Virus record (IMG/VR): IMGVR_UViG_3300026292_000004
Coordinates: 1 to 64,000 of that record
Source of the DNA: a virus
Reading direction: 5' to 3' (one strand)
Length of the DNA: 64,000 bases
This document shows, in pieces, positions 1-9,604 of this stretch (position 1 is its first letter; each line of letters starts with the position of its first letter). The notes beneath the pieces were generated by a model. It had not been told where the DNA came from. It searched no databases and was given only the letters and a program-made list of their open reading frames with translations. Position numbers and translations under genes: made by a program.

Positions 1-1162
1 ACTCTTTTCCGTCTGCTAAATCAGGACGCATCAGTATAGATCTGTTACCTAATGCTCTGGGACCTAGTTCACCATGTCCTTGATACCATCCAACAATTCT
101 ACCATCAGCAATATACTCAGCAACCTGTGTAATAGTTTTAGGTGATGGTCTCTCAGCAGGTGCTTCATCATCTTGCCAGAATGGGAATCCACTTCTATCA
201 AATTCAGGTTGCTTCCACTGTCTTCTTAACCACTCAACTATACCAAGTGTTAGACCTTCATCAGCACAGTGTGGTATAATATTTAAGTTTGGTCTTACCT
301 TTTTAATCTTAGAATTTACGATAGTATTGAGAGCAACCCCACCACTGTAGAGTATAGTGTCATTAGGTCTACTACTCTTTACGAAATGATTTACAAGAGT
401 ATCTTCTGTAACACTATGACAGAATTGAATTTGATCTAGTACCTTATGATCTTCTTCCTCACCTTGGTGTATTAAACGTTCAATATATTCTAGGTTCCAT
501 AGATCCCTTATACCTTCAATACCCATATCATAGGTATGACATTCTAATTTAGTTTTTTCTAAACACTCAGGTGTCAATCTACCATAGGCTTTTAATGCCA
601 TGACTTTACCTGCCATGTCATGTGGACTACCTTGTAACTTTAATATATGACCACCAAGATCCCCTAACACTCCACCAAAACTAGGTGCATCATTAGTAGT
701 ATATCTTTGAAATCTTTCATCACCATGATATGCAGTGAAGGTTATCTTATCATCACCAAATCCATCATACACAAAATTAACATCCGATTCAATACCAAGT
801 GGCCATGCACTTAGCATATGAGCATAGTGATGATCTATTCTATAGATGGGACAGTCATACCCAATATCTCTGAAGACTGGTATTTCAATTTGTTCAAATA
901 ACTTCTTCTCGTCTGTCTGTATCCTTGGGTACATATGACAGTCTAATACTATACCAATAGCATCAACGTCTTTAGGATCAAAAGTCTCTCCAGTTCTACA
1001 ATATGAATAACGCTCTAGACTATGTGCCCACGATGTTAAATCCTGTGGTGCATAATGCTTTTGTTGCAAATCTCTTTCATGTTTATAGTACCATACCTTA
1101 TCATCAACAGTATAAGTGATACTACTATCATGGTCACATAATCTTAATCCTAAGAAGTTCAT
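1..1162 (-). CDS. Carbamoyltransferase (NodU/CmcH/TobZ family), 3' end runs off the window
   Basis: Not in the ORF track. Read manually from ATG at 1162: [17 protein letters not shown]... Contains [41 protein letters not shown] and [20 protein letters not shown], which are hallmark motifs of this family. Confidence 0.9.
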   Translation of the reverse strand, partial: MNFLGLRLCDHDSSITYTVDDKVWYYKHERDLQQKHYAPQDLTSWAHSLERYSYCRTGETFDPKDVDAIGIVLDCHMYPRIQTDEKKLFEQIEIPVFRDIGYDCPIYRIDHHYAHMLSAWPLGIESDVNFVYDGFGDDKITFTAYHGDERFQRYTTNDAPSFGGVLGDLGGHILKLQGSPHDMAGKVMALKAYGRLTPECLEKTKLECHTYDMGIEGIRDLWNLEYIERLIHQGEEEDHKVLDQIQFCHSVTEDTLVNHFVKSSRPNDTILYSGGVALNTIVNSKIKKVRPNLNIIPHCADEGLTLGIVEWLRRQWKQPEFDRSGFPFWQDDEAPAERPSPKTITQVAEYIADGRIVGWYQGHGELGPRALGNRSILMRPDLADGKE

Positions 1163-1182
1163 AATGTAGTCAATCCTAATTT

Positions 1183-1189
1183 TATTTAG
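1183..1189 (-). promoter_or_regulatory. T4-type late promoter variant (CTAAATA) for the carbamoyltransferase
   Basis: CTAAATA on the minus strand ~20 nt upstream of ATG 1162, just downstream of the gp23 terminator. Confidence 0.6.
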
Positions 1190-1193
1190 ACAC

Positions 1194-1225
1194 AAAAAAA
1201 AGACCCCCGAAGGAGTCTCTTTTTT
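1194..1225 (-). terminator. Rho-independent terminator after gp23
   Basis: Minus strand reads AAAAAAGAGACTCC-TTCG-GGGGTCTTTTTTTT: a stem with a UUCG tetraloop followed by a U tract. Confidence 0.9.
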
Positions 1226-1241
1226 AATCTTATGTGATGGA

Positions 1242-2630
1242 TCACATGAGGTTTGTAACTTGTACACGTCTGTAGTACTTGTTAGTATTAGCAGTAAGTG
1301 CGCCAGATCCTTGTGTAAGACCTTGTGAGAATGGGTTTGAAACCATGCCGTAACGAGTCTTGAATCCAATTTTTGGTTGGAAGGTATCAGGATTGATCGC
1401 TCTGACTTGCTGTAGAGGAACGTAAGGACAATAGAATAGTCCAGCGTCATAAGGAGAAGTACCTTTGTATCCAGCAACGTAGAAGTGCTTATCAGCAACG
1501 TTAGCAGAATATGGGTCAACGTAAACCTTAATGCGTCCGTTAAGAGTACCAACGAATGTTGAAGAAGTGTCATCAACAGATGTTAGACTGTTATTACCAT
1601 TAAGAGCAGGAGCGTAGTCAAGAACACCAGCCATGCCTAGAGCAGAAGCAACGTCTGCGGAGCAGATCATTATGTTGCCCTTCCCGCGACGAGTCTCTTG
1701 TCCGATAGCGTTTGCATCTCTTTCAATCTGGAATAGAAGTCCTTTGAATTTCTCAACAGACCATCTACCATTTGAGTCAACGTCTAGGTCAAAGATTCCG
1801 TCTGTTGCGGTATCATTGATAGCACCTTTAACAGCGTTAACGTAGATTGTACGAACAACTTCACGGTTGATTTCAGCAAGAATTTCAGTTGAAAGAATAT
1901 TGCTAAGTTCCTGTTCAGCATCCAAACCATGAATTGCCTTAAGGTCTTGAGCAAGTTCTAAACTGTACTCTGCTTTCAAAGCACGAGACTTTGCAGTCAC
2001 CGTTACTTTCTCAATGGCGAAGCCCATTTCGCGGAACTCAGTTCCAGACTCACCTAAAGCTTCAGCACTTGCTGTTGCTAATCCTTGAGCATCACCTGTT
2101 AACTCGTAAGTTCCTGGTGAACCGTCGTTAAGAACGGCAGGGTTAGTACCCTCAGCGTCGTTGTTAGCAGAGCTAGAAGCGCCTGGATCATAGGAGGTTC
2201 CTGAACCACCAGATTGACCAGCGTTTGGCTCGTTGAAGAATGCTTCTCTGTATGCTGCATTCTGAGGGTCTCTTTGTGTACCGTAGTTAGTACGCATTGC
2301 GAAGATAAGTCCAGTTGGACCTGTCATTGGTTGAACGCCAGCAATGTCATAAGCAATAAGCTTAGGCATTGAACGACGAATCAAACTAATGAGTACAGGG
2401 TCAAAACCAGCAACAGGACCTGTTGCAGTAGCACCAGCACCGAATCCGCCTGTTCCAGCAGAGTTAGTTGGGGCTTCTGTTAGCATCTGCGACTCTTCGC
2501 GAGCAGCAAATTCTTGGTTCTCAAGAAGTTGTGCGACAACTCCACGCTTGTGAGAGTCTTCTATCTTTGGAAGACTATCGTGCTCAAGTACGGGTGCCCA
2601 CTTCTCTTGTAATTGTTTTAGATCAGCCAT
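1242..2630 (-). CDS. gp23: Major capsid protein
   Basis: [62 protein letters not shown]: T4 gp23 motifs. Confidence 0.99.
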   Translation of the reverse strand: MADLKQLQEKWAPVLEHDSLPKIEDSHKRGVVAQLLENQEFAAREESQMLTEAPTNSAGTGGFGAGATATGPVAGFDPVLISLIRRSMPKLIAYDIAGVQPMTGPTGLIFAMRTNYGTQRDPQNAAYREAFFNEPNAGQSGGSGTSYDPGASSSANNDAEGTNPAVLNDGSPGTYELTGDAQGLATASAEALGESGTEFREMGFAIEKVTVTAKSRALKAEYSLELAQDLKAIHGLDAEQELSNILSTEILAEINREVVRTIYVNAVKGAINDTATDGIFDLDVDSNGRWSVEKFKGLLFQIERDANAIGQETRRGKGNIMICSADVASALGMAGVLDYAPALNGNNSLTSVDDTSSTFVGTLNGRIKVYVDPYSANVADKHFYVAGYKGTSPYDAGLFYCPYVPLQQVRAINPDTFQPKIGFKTRYGMVSNPFSQGLTQGSGALTANTNKYYRRVQVTNLM

Positions 2631-2680
2631 TTTAATTCCTTAAAATTGTTTTTAGAAAAGTAGTGTTTACAAAATCATGC

Positions 2681-3766
2681 TTAATTAGTCCAACGGCTCA
2701 GGGCATCAACATAAGCTCCCATCACGCCTTCTGGTTTGGACTCTTCTACTAGGGGTTCTGAGTCTACACTTGGGTCACTAGTAGATGTAACTACAGTTTC
2801 CTTTTTGTTAGTGAAGTAAGATTCCTTAATAGTTGTGATCTTCTTACGAAAATCATCCTCACTCTCAAACTCAACACCCTCAGAAAGTTCGCTTAGCTTC
2901 TCTTTCTGTGTCTCACTGAGACCTAGAGCACACTCTGTCACAATTTCCATTTTAGTAAAGGCACCAACTTTCTTATTCAAAGAAACGTTAGCTTCAATTT
3001 GCTCGTTGAGTTTTCCTTCCATTTCATCTAATTGCTCAACCATACCGTCTAGGAGGTTGAACTTCTCTTCGGGTACACCAACATGGTGTTCCACGAATAG
3101 ATCTTTAAGACCAGTCATGAATGACTCTGCAATCTCGTTTTTAACACCATGCTCAATAGCAAGGGCGTTTTCTTCTGCCCACTGCTTTGCAGCATACGAG
3201 ATGTAGTCGTCAACCTTCTCGGCCAATTCTGTTTTGATTGCTTCCACTTGTTCGGTAAGTGCAGCTTCAAATGCTTCTTGTAGTGATGCTTTCTCTTTAG
3301 TAACGCGAGAATTAACAGCAGCTTCAAAAATAGTAACTGCTTTGTCTCTAAACTCTTCGCTTAGTTCTTCACCAGCGACAAGAGCGTTAACATCTTCAGT
3401 AAAGTCGTACTCGGCTTCAGGGGTTTCTTCTTGGATCGCTTCGCCATCTGTCTCCTTAGAGTCAAAGATTTTTCCTGAGAGTCCAGCACTTACGTTACCA
3501 GATCCTGCATCAGATCCCTTCGTTTTAATTGAAGAGTCTTTAGTTGCACCAACAGGTGCGGCAGCCTTAGCACCGAGGTTATCTGTACCTTCGGGGTTAG
3601 ACTTGTTATCTGATCCACCGATGTCGGAATGTTTCGCACCAGAGGTATCAATTTTTTCACCAGAGGTTGCCCCCTTCTTTATGGCGGCAACACCAGTCGC
3701 TGCGTCTTCGTTGACAGCAGTTTCTGACATTGAAGCCTCAAATTCTGTGTCGCGGGTTTCGGACAT
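2681..3766 (-). CDS. gp22: Prohead core scaffold protein
   Basis: Acidic coiled coil with LSEEFRDKAVTIFEAAV and KITTIKESYF; lies between gp21 and gp23. AGGAG Shine-Dalgarno before ATG 3766 suggests this start rather than 3790. Confidence 0.95.
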   Translation of the reverse strand: MSETRDTEFEASMSETAVNEDAATGVAAIKKGATSGEKIDTSGAKHSDIGGSDNKSNPEGTDNLGAKAAAPVGATKDSSIKTKGSDAGSGNVSAGLSGKIFDSKETDGEAIQEETPEAEYDFTEDVNALVAGEELSEEFRDKAVTIFEAAVNSRVTKEKASLQEAFEAALTEQVEAIKTELAEKVDDYISYAAKQWAEENALAIEHGVKNEIAESFMTGLKDLFVEHHVGVPEEKFNLLDGMVEQLDEMEGKLNEQIEANVSLNKKVGAFTKMEIVTECALGLSETQKEKLSELSEGVEFESEDDFRKKITTIKESYFTNKKETVVTSTSDPSVDSEPLVEESKPEGVMGAYVDALSRWTN

Positions 3767-3807
3767 TTGTGGTTCTCCTGAGTTCAGCATTTGCTTTTAT
3801 CTAAGAT

Positions 3808-3815
3808 TATTTATA
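3808..3815 (-). promoter_or_regulatory. T4 late promoter TATAAATA upstream of gp22
   Basis: Exact consensus in the gp21-gp22 gap. Confidence 0.85.
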
Positions 3816-3817
3816 CT

Positions 3818-4465
3818 TTATAATGTTTGTAAAAAGGATTTGAACGCGGAAATCTTGCGTTCTTGGATGTTGACGAGAGTAGCTGCATCAAGTTCTTTCT
3901 TAATTTCAGCTATTTTGGACTCTTTAATGACTCCGTTATCCCACACCCACTCTTTACCTTCCATGATTCCATCCACAAATGCGTCTGGAGCTGATGGATC
4001 TGCTACAATATCAGCAGCGGTTGCCAACATGAAGTCATCCTGTATGATGTTCATGTTATTTTCTCTACGGATGGATCCCATACCGCGAGATGATACACCT
4101 AGTTTTACACCTTCATCAAGTAGGTTTTTAGCGATAGATCCCATTGGTGTATCCATGATCTTCGCTCTACCGATGAAATTAGATCCCTCTTGTTTAAGAG
4201 AATTGATCTTGTGTGACACACGATCTAAGTTGATGGAAGGACCATCAGGGTGACCGAGTTCTCCAAGAGCTCTTCCTTTAGTAATGAAAGACTCTTCGTA
4301 TTTAGCAACTTCCCTACCAAGGGTTTCCACGGGATAGTATCTCCCGTTTCTATTCTTGATGTTACCTTGCAAGAAGACACCCTCAATGTAGTGTGCTTTC
4401 TTACCGTTTTTTTCTTCGGTAATAAATTCTACCTGATTGATTTCTTCAGCTATTAGCTTCATCAT
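3818..4465 (-). CDS. gp21: Prohead core protease
   Basis: IEGVFLQ..KNRNGRYYP, ALGELGHP, GVSSRGMGS, DIVADPSAPDAFV. Confidence 0.98.
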   Translation of the reverse strand: MMKLIAEEINQVEFITEEKNGKKAHYIEGVFLQGNIKNRNGRYYPVETLGREVAKYEESFITKGRALGELGHPDGPSINLDRVSHKINSLKQEGSNFIGRAKIMDTPMGSIAKNLLDEGVKLGVSSRGMGSIRRENNMNIIQDDFMLATAADIVADPSAPDAFVDGIMEGKEWVWDNGVIKESKIAEIKKELDAATLVNIQERKISAFKSFLQTL

Positions 4466-4811
4466 TCGTCTCCTCTTCTGGGGTAGTTTCTGTTTCAGCA
4501 GATGCTTCTGGTTCTACACTTGAAGGTGTACCAGGAGCTTCATCCTCTGGTGGTTCATGGGGTTGACGTTCGCCAGGATCGTAGTCCTTAACTTGGTTAG
4601 TCCCATCAGGCAGAGTAGCACTTAACTCATCAGCAGCAGCTTGACCAGTTTGTGCAGGATCGTAACCCCACTTCTGTGCCCAGTCTGCCTTAGTTGCTTG
4701 TACTAAGTCATAAGATGCAGCAGATAAAGCAGTATTAGTTTGATCCAATGCAGCTGCTTTATCATCAGCAAAAATCTTATTCACTATGTCAGTTGCTATT
4801 TCTGATGCCAT
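4446..4811 (-). CDS. Acidic hypothetical protein in the gp67/gp68 position (possible prohead core component)
   Basis: ORF between gp20 and gp21, preceded by CTAAATA at 4834-4840. Confidence 0.7.
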   Translation of the reverse strand: MASEIATDIVNKIFADDKAAALDQTNTALSAASYDLVQATKADWAQKWGYDPAQTGQAAADELSATLPDGTNQVKDYDPGERQPHEPPEDEAPGTPSSVEPEASAETETTPEEETNDEANS

Positions 4812-4836
4812 AATATGTATCTATGTATAGTACTAT

Positions 4837-6462
4837 TTAGAAAGTTCCGCGCTTCGCATCTTCAGCACTAAGATCTTTGTCGTTAAATAACGGTTTTTGT
4901 TCTTGTGCAGGAGCTGCTCCACCAGCAGGATCCATTCCCCCACCAGCAGCGGCCATCATTGCTTCTTCAGCAGGATCAACGATCTTACCTTCTGCCATTT
5001 CTTCTTCAATCTGTTTATCTATTTCTTTAATTTCTACGTCAGTTTGCTTAAGAACCTGACGACGTACGTAATCTATTGAGAAGTATTTGCCTACGAATGG
5101 ATCAATTGTGTTAACCAGATTCATTCTTTCATTGCGGATCTCAGTCTCCTTCAGTTCGTTGAAGTAACTATCAGCGATATAATCTATCTGAATGTTCTCC
5201 TTCATGTCATCCCATTCTTCAATGGAGATGATACCCTTAAGAATTAACTGAGTTTTCAAAAGATCCATGAATAGTTCACCGAATCTCTTGCGTAAACGTG
5301 CAATGAATTTCTGGAATTTAACTTCGTCTCGTGTTATCTCTGCTGCGCGACCAATGTTAAATGTAGTTTCTGTTTCTAATCTAGAAGTTGGAACGTTAAG
5401 TGCTTTGTATAATTTCTTCTGGAAGTACTTAACATCTTCTAACTCACCTAAGTTCTGACCACCTGGTAAAGTTGTAATCTCAGTTCCTCTACCACCTTCA
5501 CGTCTAGGTAACCAGAAATCTTCTAGCATAGACATGAACTTCTTGTCATCTCTTATCTCACCAGTTGCTGCATCATATACTAACTTGTTACGGTATCTAC
5601 CCATAACTTCACGGAGGTATTGCTCCGCTTTTTGCTTAGGTAAGTTACCTACATCAATGTAGAAAATTCTTCTTTCTGGTGCTCTTGATAATCTGTAGAT
5701 AACAAGAGAGTCTTCAATCATGCGGAGTTGGTTTACCGCTTTAATTGCTTTATGTAAATGAGACAGTACCATGTTCTTATTCAGATCCATGATACCTGAG
5801 TGAACATAAGTAACAGAATCAGGAGAAATCTTCAGTCCTTGATTACCTGTTTGCTTAAGTCCCTTTGGATTGTATAGGAAATAATCTACTTGTTTCTGAG
5901 TTAGAGCATCATTTAATTCTACTGGTGCTCCAGAACGGATCTTATTAGCACCGTCTATCTCAGTAACCTTTCTAATCTTGCGAGGGTCAATATATCTAAT
6001 GTCAACCAGACCCTTCTTTGGTTGCTTAGGATCAATTACCTTATGATAAAAAAGTCTTCCGTCCACATACCAGCGGCGAAAGATCTCATAACTTCTATTG
6101 TCAAAATCTAAAAGTCTTAGAATCGTATCAAACTCTTCTCTAATTAACTTCTTGATTTTTTCTGATTGCTTTAAATTTGATAGTTCAACTGCTACTGGTA
6201 CTGCGTCAAAGTTCCCACATATTGTTTCGTTAACCACATCATCTACAGCAGAGTCACACTCTGGTTGTAGAATCATATCACGATAACGTCCAATTAACTC
6301 ATACTCATTACGAACAGTGCCATCTATATCTACGGTGTAGCCAAAGTGGGATCCCCCTACGACTGGATACGATCCGTCTAGGTGATCCTTTTGAACGAAA
6401 GAAGGCCCCTTTGGAGCCTTCTTCGCTCTTTCTATGGAAAAACCGAATAGTTGTGACATCAC
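4837..6462 (-). CDS. gp20: Portal vertex protein
   Basis: IFRRWYVDGRLFYHK, IYRLSRAPERRIFYIDVGNLPK, EDFWLPRREGGRGTEITTLPGGQNLG. Confidence 0.99.
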   Translation of the reverse strand: MMSQLFGFSIERAKKAPKGPSFVQKDHLDGSYPVVGGSHFGYTVDIDGTVRNEYELIGRYRDMILQPECDSAVDDVVNETICGNFDAVPVAVELSNLKQSEKIKKLIREEFDTILRLLDFDNRSYEIFRRWYVDGRLFYHKVIDPKQPKKGLVDIRYIDPRKIRKVTEIDGANKIRSGAPVELNDALTQKQVDYFLYNPKGLKQTGNQGLKISPDSVTYVHSGIMDLNKNMVLSHLHKAIKAVNQLRMIEDSLVIYRLSRAPERRIFYIDVGNLPKQKAEQYLREVMGRYRNKLVYDAATGEIRDDKKFMSMLEDFWLPRREGGRGTEITTLPGGQNLGELEDVKYFQKKLYKALNVPTSRLETETTFNIGRAAEITRDEVKFQKFIARLRKRFGELFMDLLKTQLILKGIISIEEWDDMKENIQIDYIADSYFNELKETEIRNERMNLVNTIDPFVGKYFSIDYVRRQVLKQTDVEIKEIDKQIEEEMAEGKIVDPAEEAMMAAAGGGMDPAGGAAPAQEQKPLFNDKDLSAEDAKRGTF

Positions 6463-6481
6463 TTATGCTCTATTATGTAAG

Positions 6482-6488
6482 TATTTAG
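6482..6488 (-). promoter_or_regulatory. Late promoter variant CTAAATA upstream of gp20
   Basis: Motif ~20 nt upstream of the gp20 start. The same motif and spacing recur at 4834-4840 and 7125-7131. Confidence 0.65.
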
Positions 6489-6508
6489 GTACTTACGCAG
6501 ACCCTATC

Positions 6509-7099
6509 TTAGGCGACTACGCCATCAGGGATTGCTTGCCAGTACTGAACCTGAAGTTCTACGGTGAATTCTTCAACAGCATCGTTGCTTCCGAAGTCCA
6601 AATCAATCGCCGAAACGTTGCTTGGGAATACATCTGTAAACTTATAAGATCTCAAGATGCTTGCCTTCTCTCCAGAAGATGCATCGCGAGATAGTTGGTG
6701 AACAAACATATCTGCAAAATATCCTGTAGCATCAGACTCATCGCCAAGTCCAGAGACCTGTGTGATGTTTTCATTAGCGGCTTGAATCTTTTCTACCCAT
6801 ACCTCAAATGCGTTGCGGAGTGCGAACTTACTGTCATTCATAACAGTAATTGTCCAAGGTTCAAAAGTCCTGTCTCCAGCGATCTTTAGAACACGTCCTC
6901 TAAAAGGAACCTCAACGATACCCATTTGACTGGAAGGTAAGTTCGCTGCGCGAACAGTGTACTTACCTAACTGTTGTAATCCAGTACCGTTTGCAATCAC
7001 CTGAGAAGGGAAGGCAAGGTCAATCTGAAATAGATTGGGTCTCGCAAAATCCGAAACTACGCTTGACTTAAATGAGTCAATAGTGCCTCTTACTGCCAT
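6509..7099 (-). CDS. gp19: Tail tube protein
   Basis: ARPNLF, VPFRGRVLKIAGDRTFEPWTITV, IDLDFGSNDAVEEFTVELQVQYW. Confidence 0.98.
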   Translation of the reverse strand: MAVRGTIDSFKSSVVSDFARPNLFQIDLAFPSQVIANGTGLQQLGKYTVRAANLPSSQMGIVEVPFRGRVLKIAGDRTFEPWTITVMNDSKFALRNAFEVWVEKIQAANENITQVSGLGDESDATGYFADMFVHQLSRDASSGEKASILRSYKFTDVFPSNVSAIDLDFGSNDAVEEFTVELQVQYWQAIPDGVVA

Positions 7100-7132
7100 T
7101 TTCTCTTTCTCCTGATGTTATTATTATTTAGA

Positions 7133-9535
7133 CTAAGAAGCAATTTCAGAGAAGGCTACGCCCGTTCTGGTTGCTGTGAAGGTCAATGTAATGTAGTTGA
7201 TAGTACGTGTTGGCTTAACGTATATCTCAGCGTAGAACTCACCACGATCAACAGAATCAGGAGGGTTATTCTCTTCGTCACACTTAACCAAGAAATCGGT
7301 GACCCCACGACGGCCTTGGACATCGCGTAAATAAGGTTCAACGATATTACGGAAGAGTGACCTTGAAGTCTCATCGTTCTGCTCAAATAGTTGTTGCTTT
7401 GCAGCACTACTTATAACTCTTTCCATTGTAAGGAAGAGACGGCGAACGTTAATTCTGTCAAAGGCAGACTGGTAACCAAGTGCAGTCTTATCACCGAATA
7501 GGATAATACCTTGTCCAGGGAATGAGACGATTGGGTTAACTCTTTCTGCGTACAACTTATCGCGTTGATCTTTGTTAGGAGAGTAAGCAAGTTTAATTGC
7601 ATTACGTAGAACACCACGAGAGAAACCAGCAGGTGAATACCAAGGATCTTGGTTGATACCTGTTTCTAGGCAGAGTCCAGCAGTGTCTCCATTGCAAGGA
7701 ATGTAACGATAAACATCATTGTACTTGTCATAGACGTACTTGTAACCTGCGTCTAGAACAGCATAAGATGTAGAACCAATTTTATTAAAATAGGTTAGGA
7801 TGCGTTCTGTAATCGTATCAGCATTTGATTGACCAATAACATCAGTTCTCTGTGGAGAGAAGAATGCTAGGCAATCCTTACGTGTATTAACGATTTGAAG
7901 AATAGCATTTGCTTTTGCTACAGCAGCATCAGTAGTTTCTCCTTGAGGACCACTAAGGATGTAATCAACTTGTAATGATTCTGCATCAGATACTAAGTTG
8001 TATGCTGTACTAAAGTTTGCTGAAGTGTTAGAATAGTCATCTGCACCACCAGCGAATTTATACTGAAGTGAAGAACCTTCAAATCCACCAACGTGCTCAC
8101 GTCCACTTGGTTCTGAAATAACAGGACCAGCAGATTGGATTAAGTTGAATGAACGGTTTGCAGCAGCATTACCCCAGTCACCTGAAGAAGCAGCAGCACC
8201 TACTGTAAATGTATCAGCAGGATGTGAACCCCAATAGATGTAAGAAGAAGTCTGCTTAAGAACATTACCGTAGTAGTTGTTCTCTCCGACTGTGCTCTTA
8301 GCATCAGTTGCTTTAGATACTGAGATGAACTTCTCTAGAAGTGTATTAGGTGTTCCACTTAGAGCACCATCACCATCAAGAACGATGACGTGAAGCTCGT
8401 CACGATATCCACCTTTGTCAGTTGTATAGAGTGAAGTTGCTGGACGTGGTGCAATAGATACCCACTTTTTACCAGGAAGATACTCACGCTCAGGATACTC
8501 ATCTCTTACTGCACTTATAGTAGCAGTAGCAGAGTTGTCATCTGAAATTGTATTAGTTGCAGCGAATGCACCAGAGTCTTTGGCAAGTGCAACTTGTAGT
8601 TCACGAGTAACACTATCAATAGAACCTGTAACAGTACCCTGTGTCAATACCATTGTGCTATCAATGATACCAGTAATACCAGCACCAGGAATTGCAATCT
8701 CAGCAATACGATCTGTTGGATTCCATGCAAGAATAGTAATCGTCTGAGGTGAACCACCAATTTCAATAGTGGAAGCAGTTACTGTACCTTCAAAGGCCCA
8801 AATAACAGCACCGTCAGTAACGTTACCAGACGTATGGGTAGGAGCAGTAGCACCAGCAGTACCAGCATTTTGAGCAACGTAAGACTTACCACCGTTACTA
8901 ACTCTAGCGTACTGACTATAGTATGAACCTTGTGACCATGCATCATGCACTACAGGAGTGAAATCACCTGTTACGTCTGTTTCAATTTGAAGTTTGATTG
9001 TATAGCGGAAAACCTTACCAGATTTACCACCGTTAGAAACACCAGCACCTTTAACAAACTCATACTCGTTACCAGATGAGGGAGCAGTAATTGTTGCGAT
9101 CTGATCAGCACCAGCGTCGGTTAAAAATACTCTTAGTGAGTTTCCATAAGCACCTGGAGTTTGTGTTCCAATCTTCCAGTTGTTTGTTTGACCAGTCTCA
9201 TATGTGGTCTCGTAGTCTTGTAAATTCTTGATCTTAACAGCAGCTGCATTGCTAACCGCATTTTTCAAGTTTGTTGCATCTGCACGGATGGTTTTTAGTG
9301 TGCCTCCGTAGCTTAAGAATTGAGCGGCTGTGAACCAGTACTCGTAATTACTGTCGTTTGGTTTGCCATAGGTGGAGATCAGAGTCCTTTCGTTGTTTAC
9401 ATCAACGATTTGCTCTACTGGACCTCTTTCAAATGGGGCAGCAATCGCACCAATGTTAGCCAGTGATACTGTGCTAACTGTAGTGAAGTCGCGCTCCCTA
9501 ATAACGACACCTGGCGATAGTTGTGACGCTGCCAT
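7133..9535 (-). CDS. gp18: Tail sheath protein with extra inserted outer domains
   Basis: SPGVVIRERDFT, WYSPAGFSRG, FGDKT, SAFDRINVRRLF, KPTRTINYITLTFTATRTGVAFSE. Confidence 0.98.
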   Translation of the reverse strand: MAASQLSPGVVIRERDFTTVSTVSLANIGAIAAPFERGPVEQIVDVNNERTLISTYGKPNDSNYEYWFTAAQFLSYGGTLKTIRADATNLKNAVSNAAAVKIKNLQDYETTYETGQTNNWKIGTQTPGAYGNSLRVFLTDAGADQIATITAPSSGNEYEFVKGAGVSNGGKSGKVFRYTIKLQIETDVTGDFTPVVHDAWSQGSYYSQYARVSNGGKSYVAQNAGTAGATAPTHTSGNVTDGAVIWAFEGTVTASTIEIGGSPQTITILAWNPTDRIAEIAIPGAGITGIIDSTMVLTQGTVTGSIDSVTRELQVALAKDSGAFAATNTISDDNSATATISAVRDEYPEREYLPGKKWVSIAPRPATSLYTTDKGGYRDELHVIVLDGDGALSGTPNTLLEKFISVSKATDAKSTVGENNYYGNVLKQTSSYIYWGSHPADTFTVGAAASSGDWGNAAANRSFNLIQSAGPVISEPSGREHVGGFEGSSLQYKFAGGADDYSNTSANFSTAYNLVSDAESLQVDYILSGPQGETTDAAVAKANAILQIVNTRKDCLAFFSPQRTDVIGQSNADTITERILTYFNKIGSTSYAVLDAGYKYVYDKYNDVYRYIPCNGDTAGLCLETGINQDPWYSPAGFSRGVLRNAIKLAYSPNKDQRDKLYAERVNPIVSFPGQGIILFGDKTALGYQSAFDRINVRRLFLTMERVISSAAKQQLFEQNDETSRSLFRNIVEPYLRDVQGRRGVTDFLVKCDEENNPPDSVDRGEFYAEIYVKPTRTINYITLTFTATRTGVAFSEIAS

Positions 9536-9578
9536 GTGATAACTCCTTATAAAGAATACTATATCAGTTTTCTGAAAT

Positions 9579-9586
9579 TATTTATA
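9579..9586 (-). promoter_or_regulatory. T4 late promoter TATAAATA upstream of gp18
   Basis: Exact consensus in the gp17-gp18 gap. Confidence 0.85.
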
Positions 9587-9604
9587 ATTTTCAACTACTG
9601 AGTT

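Noticed and set aside
3234-4253. 339-aa plus-strand ORF and the many other plus-strand ORFs (e.g. 20697-21329, 14648-14965)
   Set aside because: These are antisense shadows of well-conserved minus-strand genes, caused by codon bias. They show no motifs, RBS or promoters.
8884-9040. VSNGGKS occurring twice in gp18
   Set aside because: The match is only 7 aa with different codons and different module contexts, so it cannot be distinguished from coincidence.
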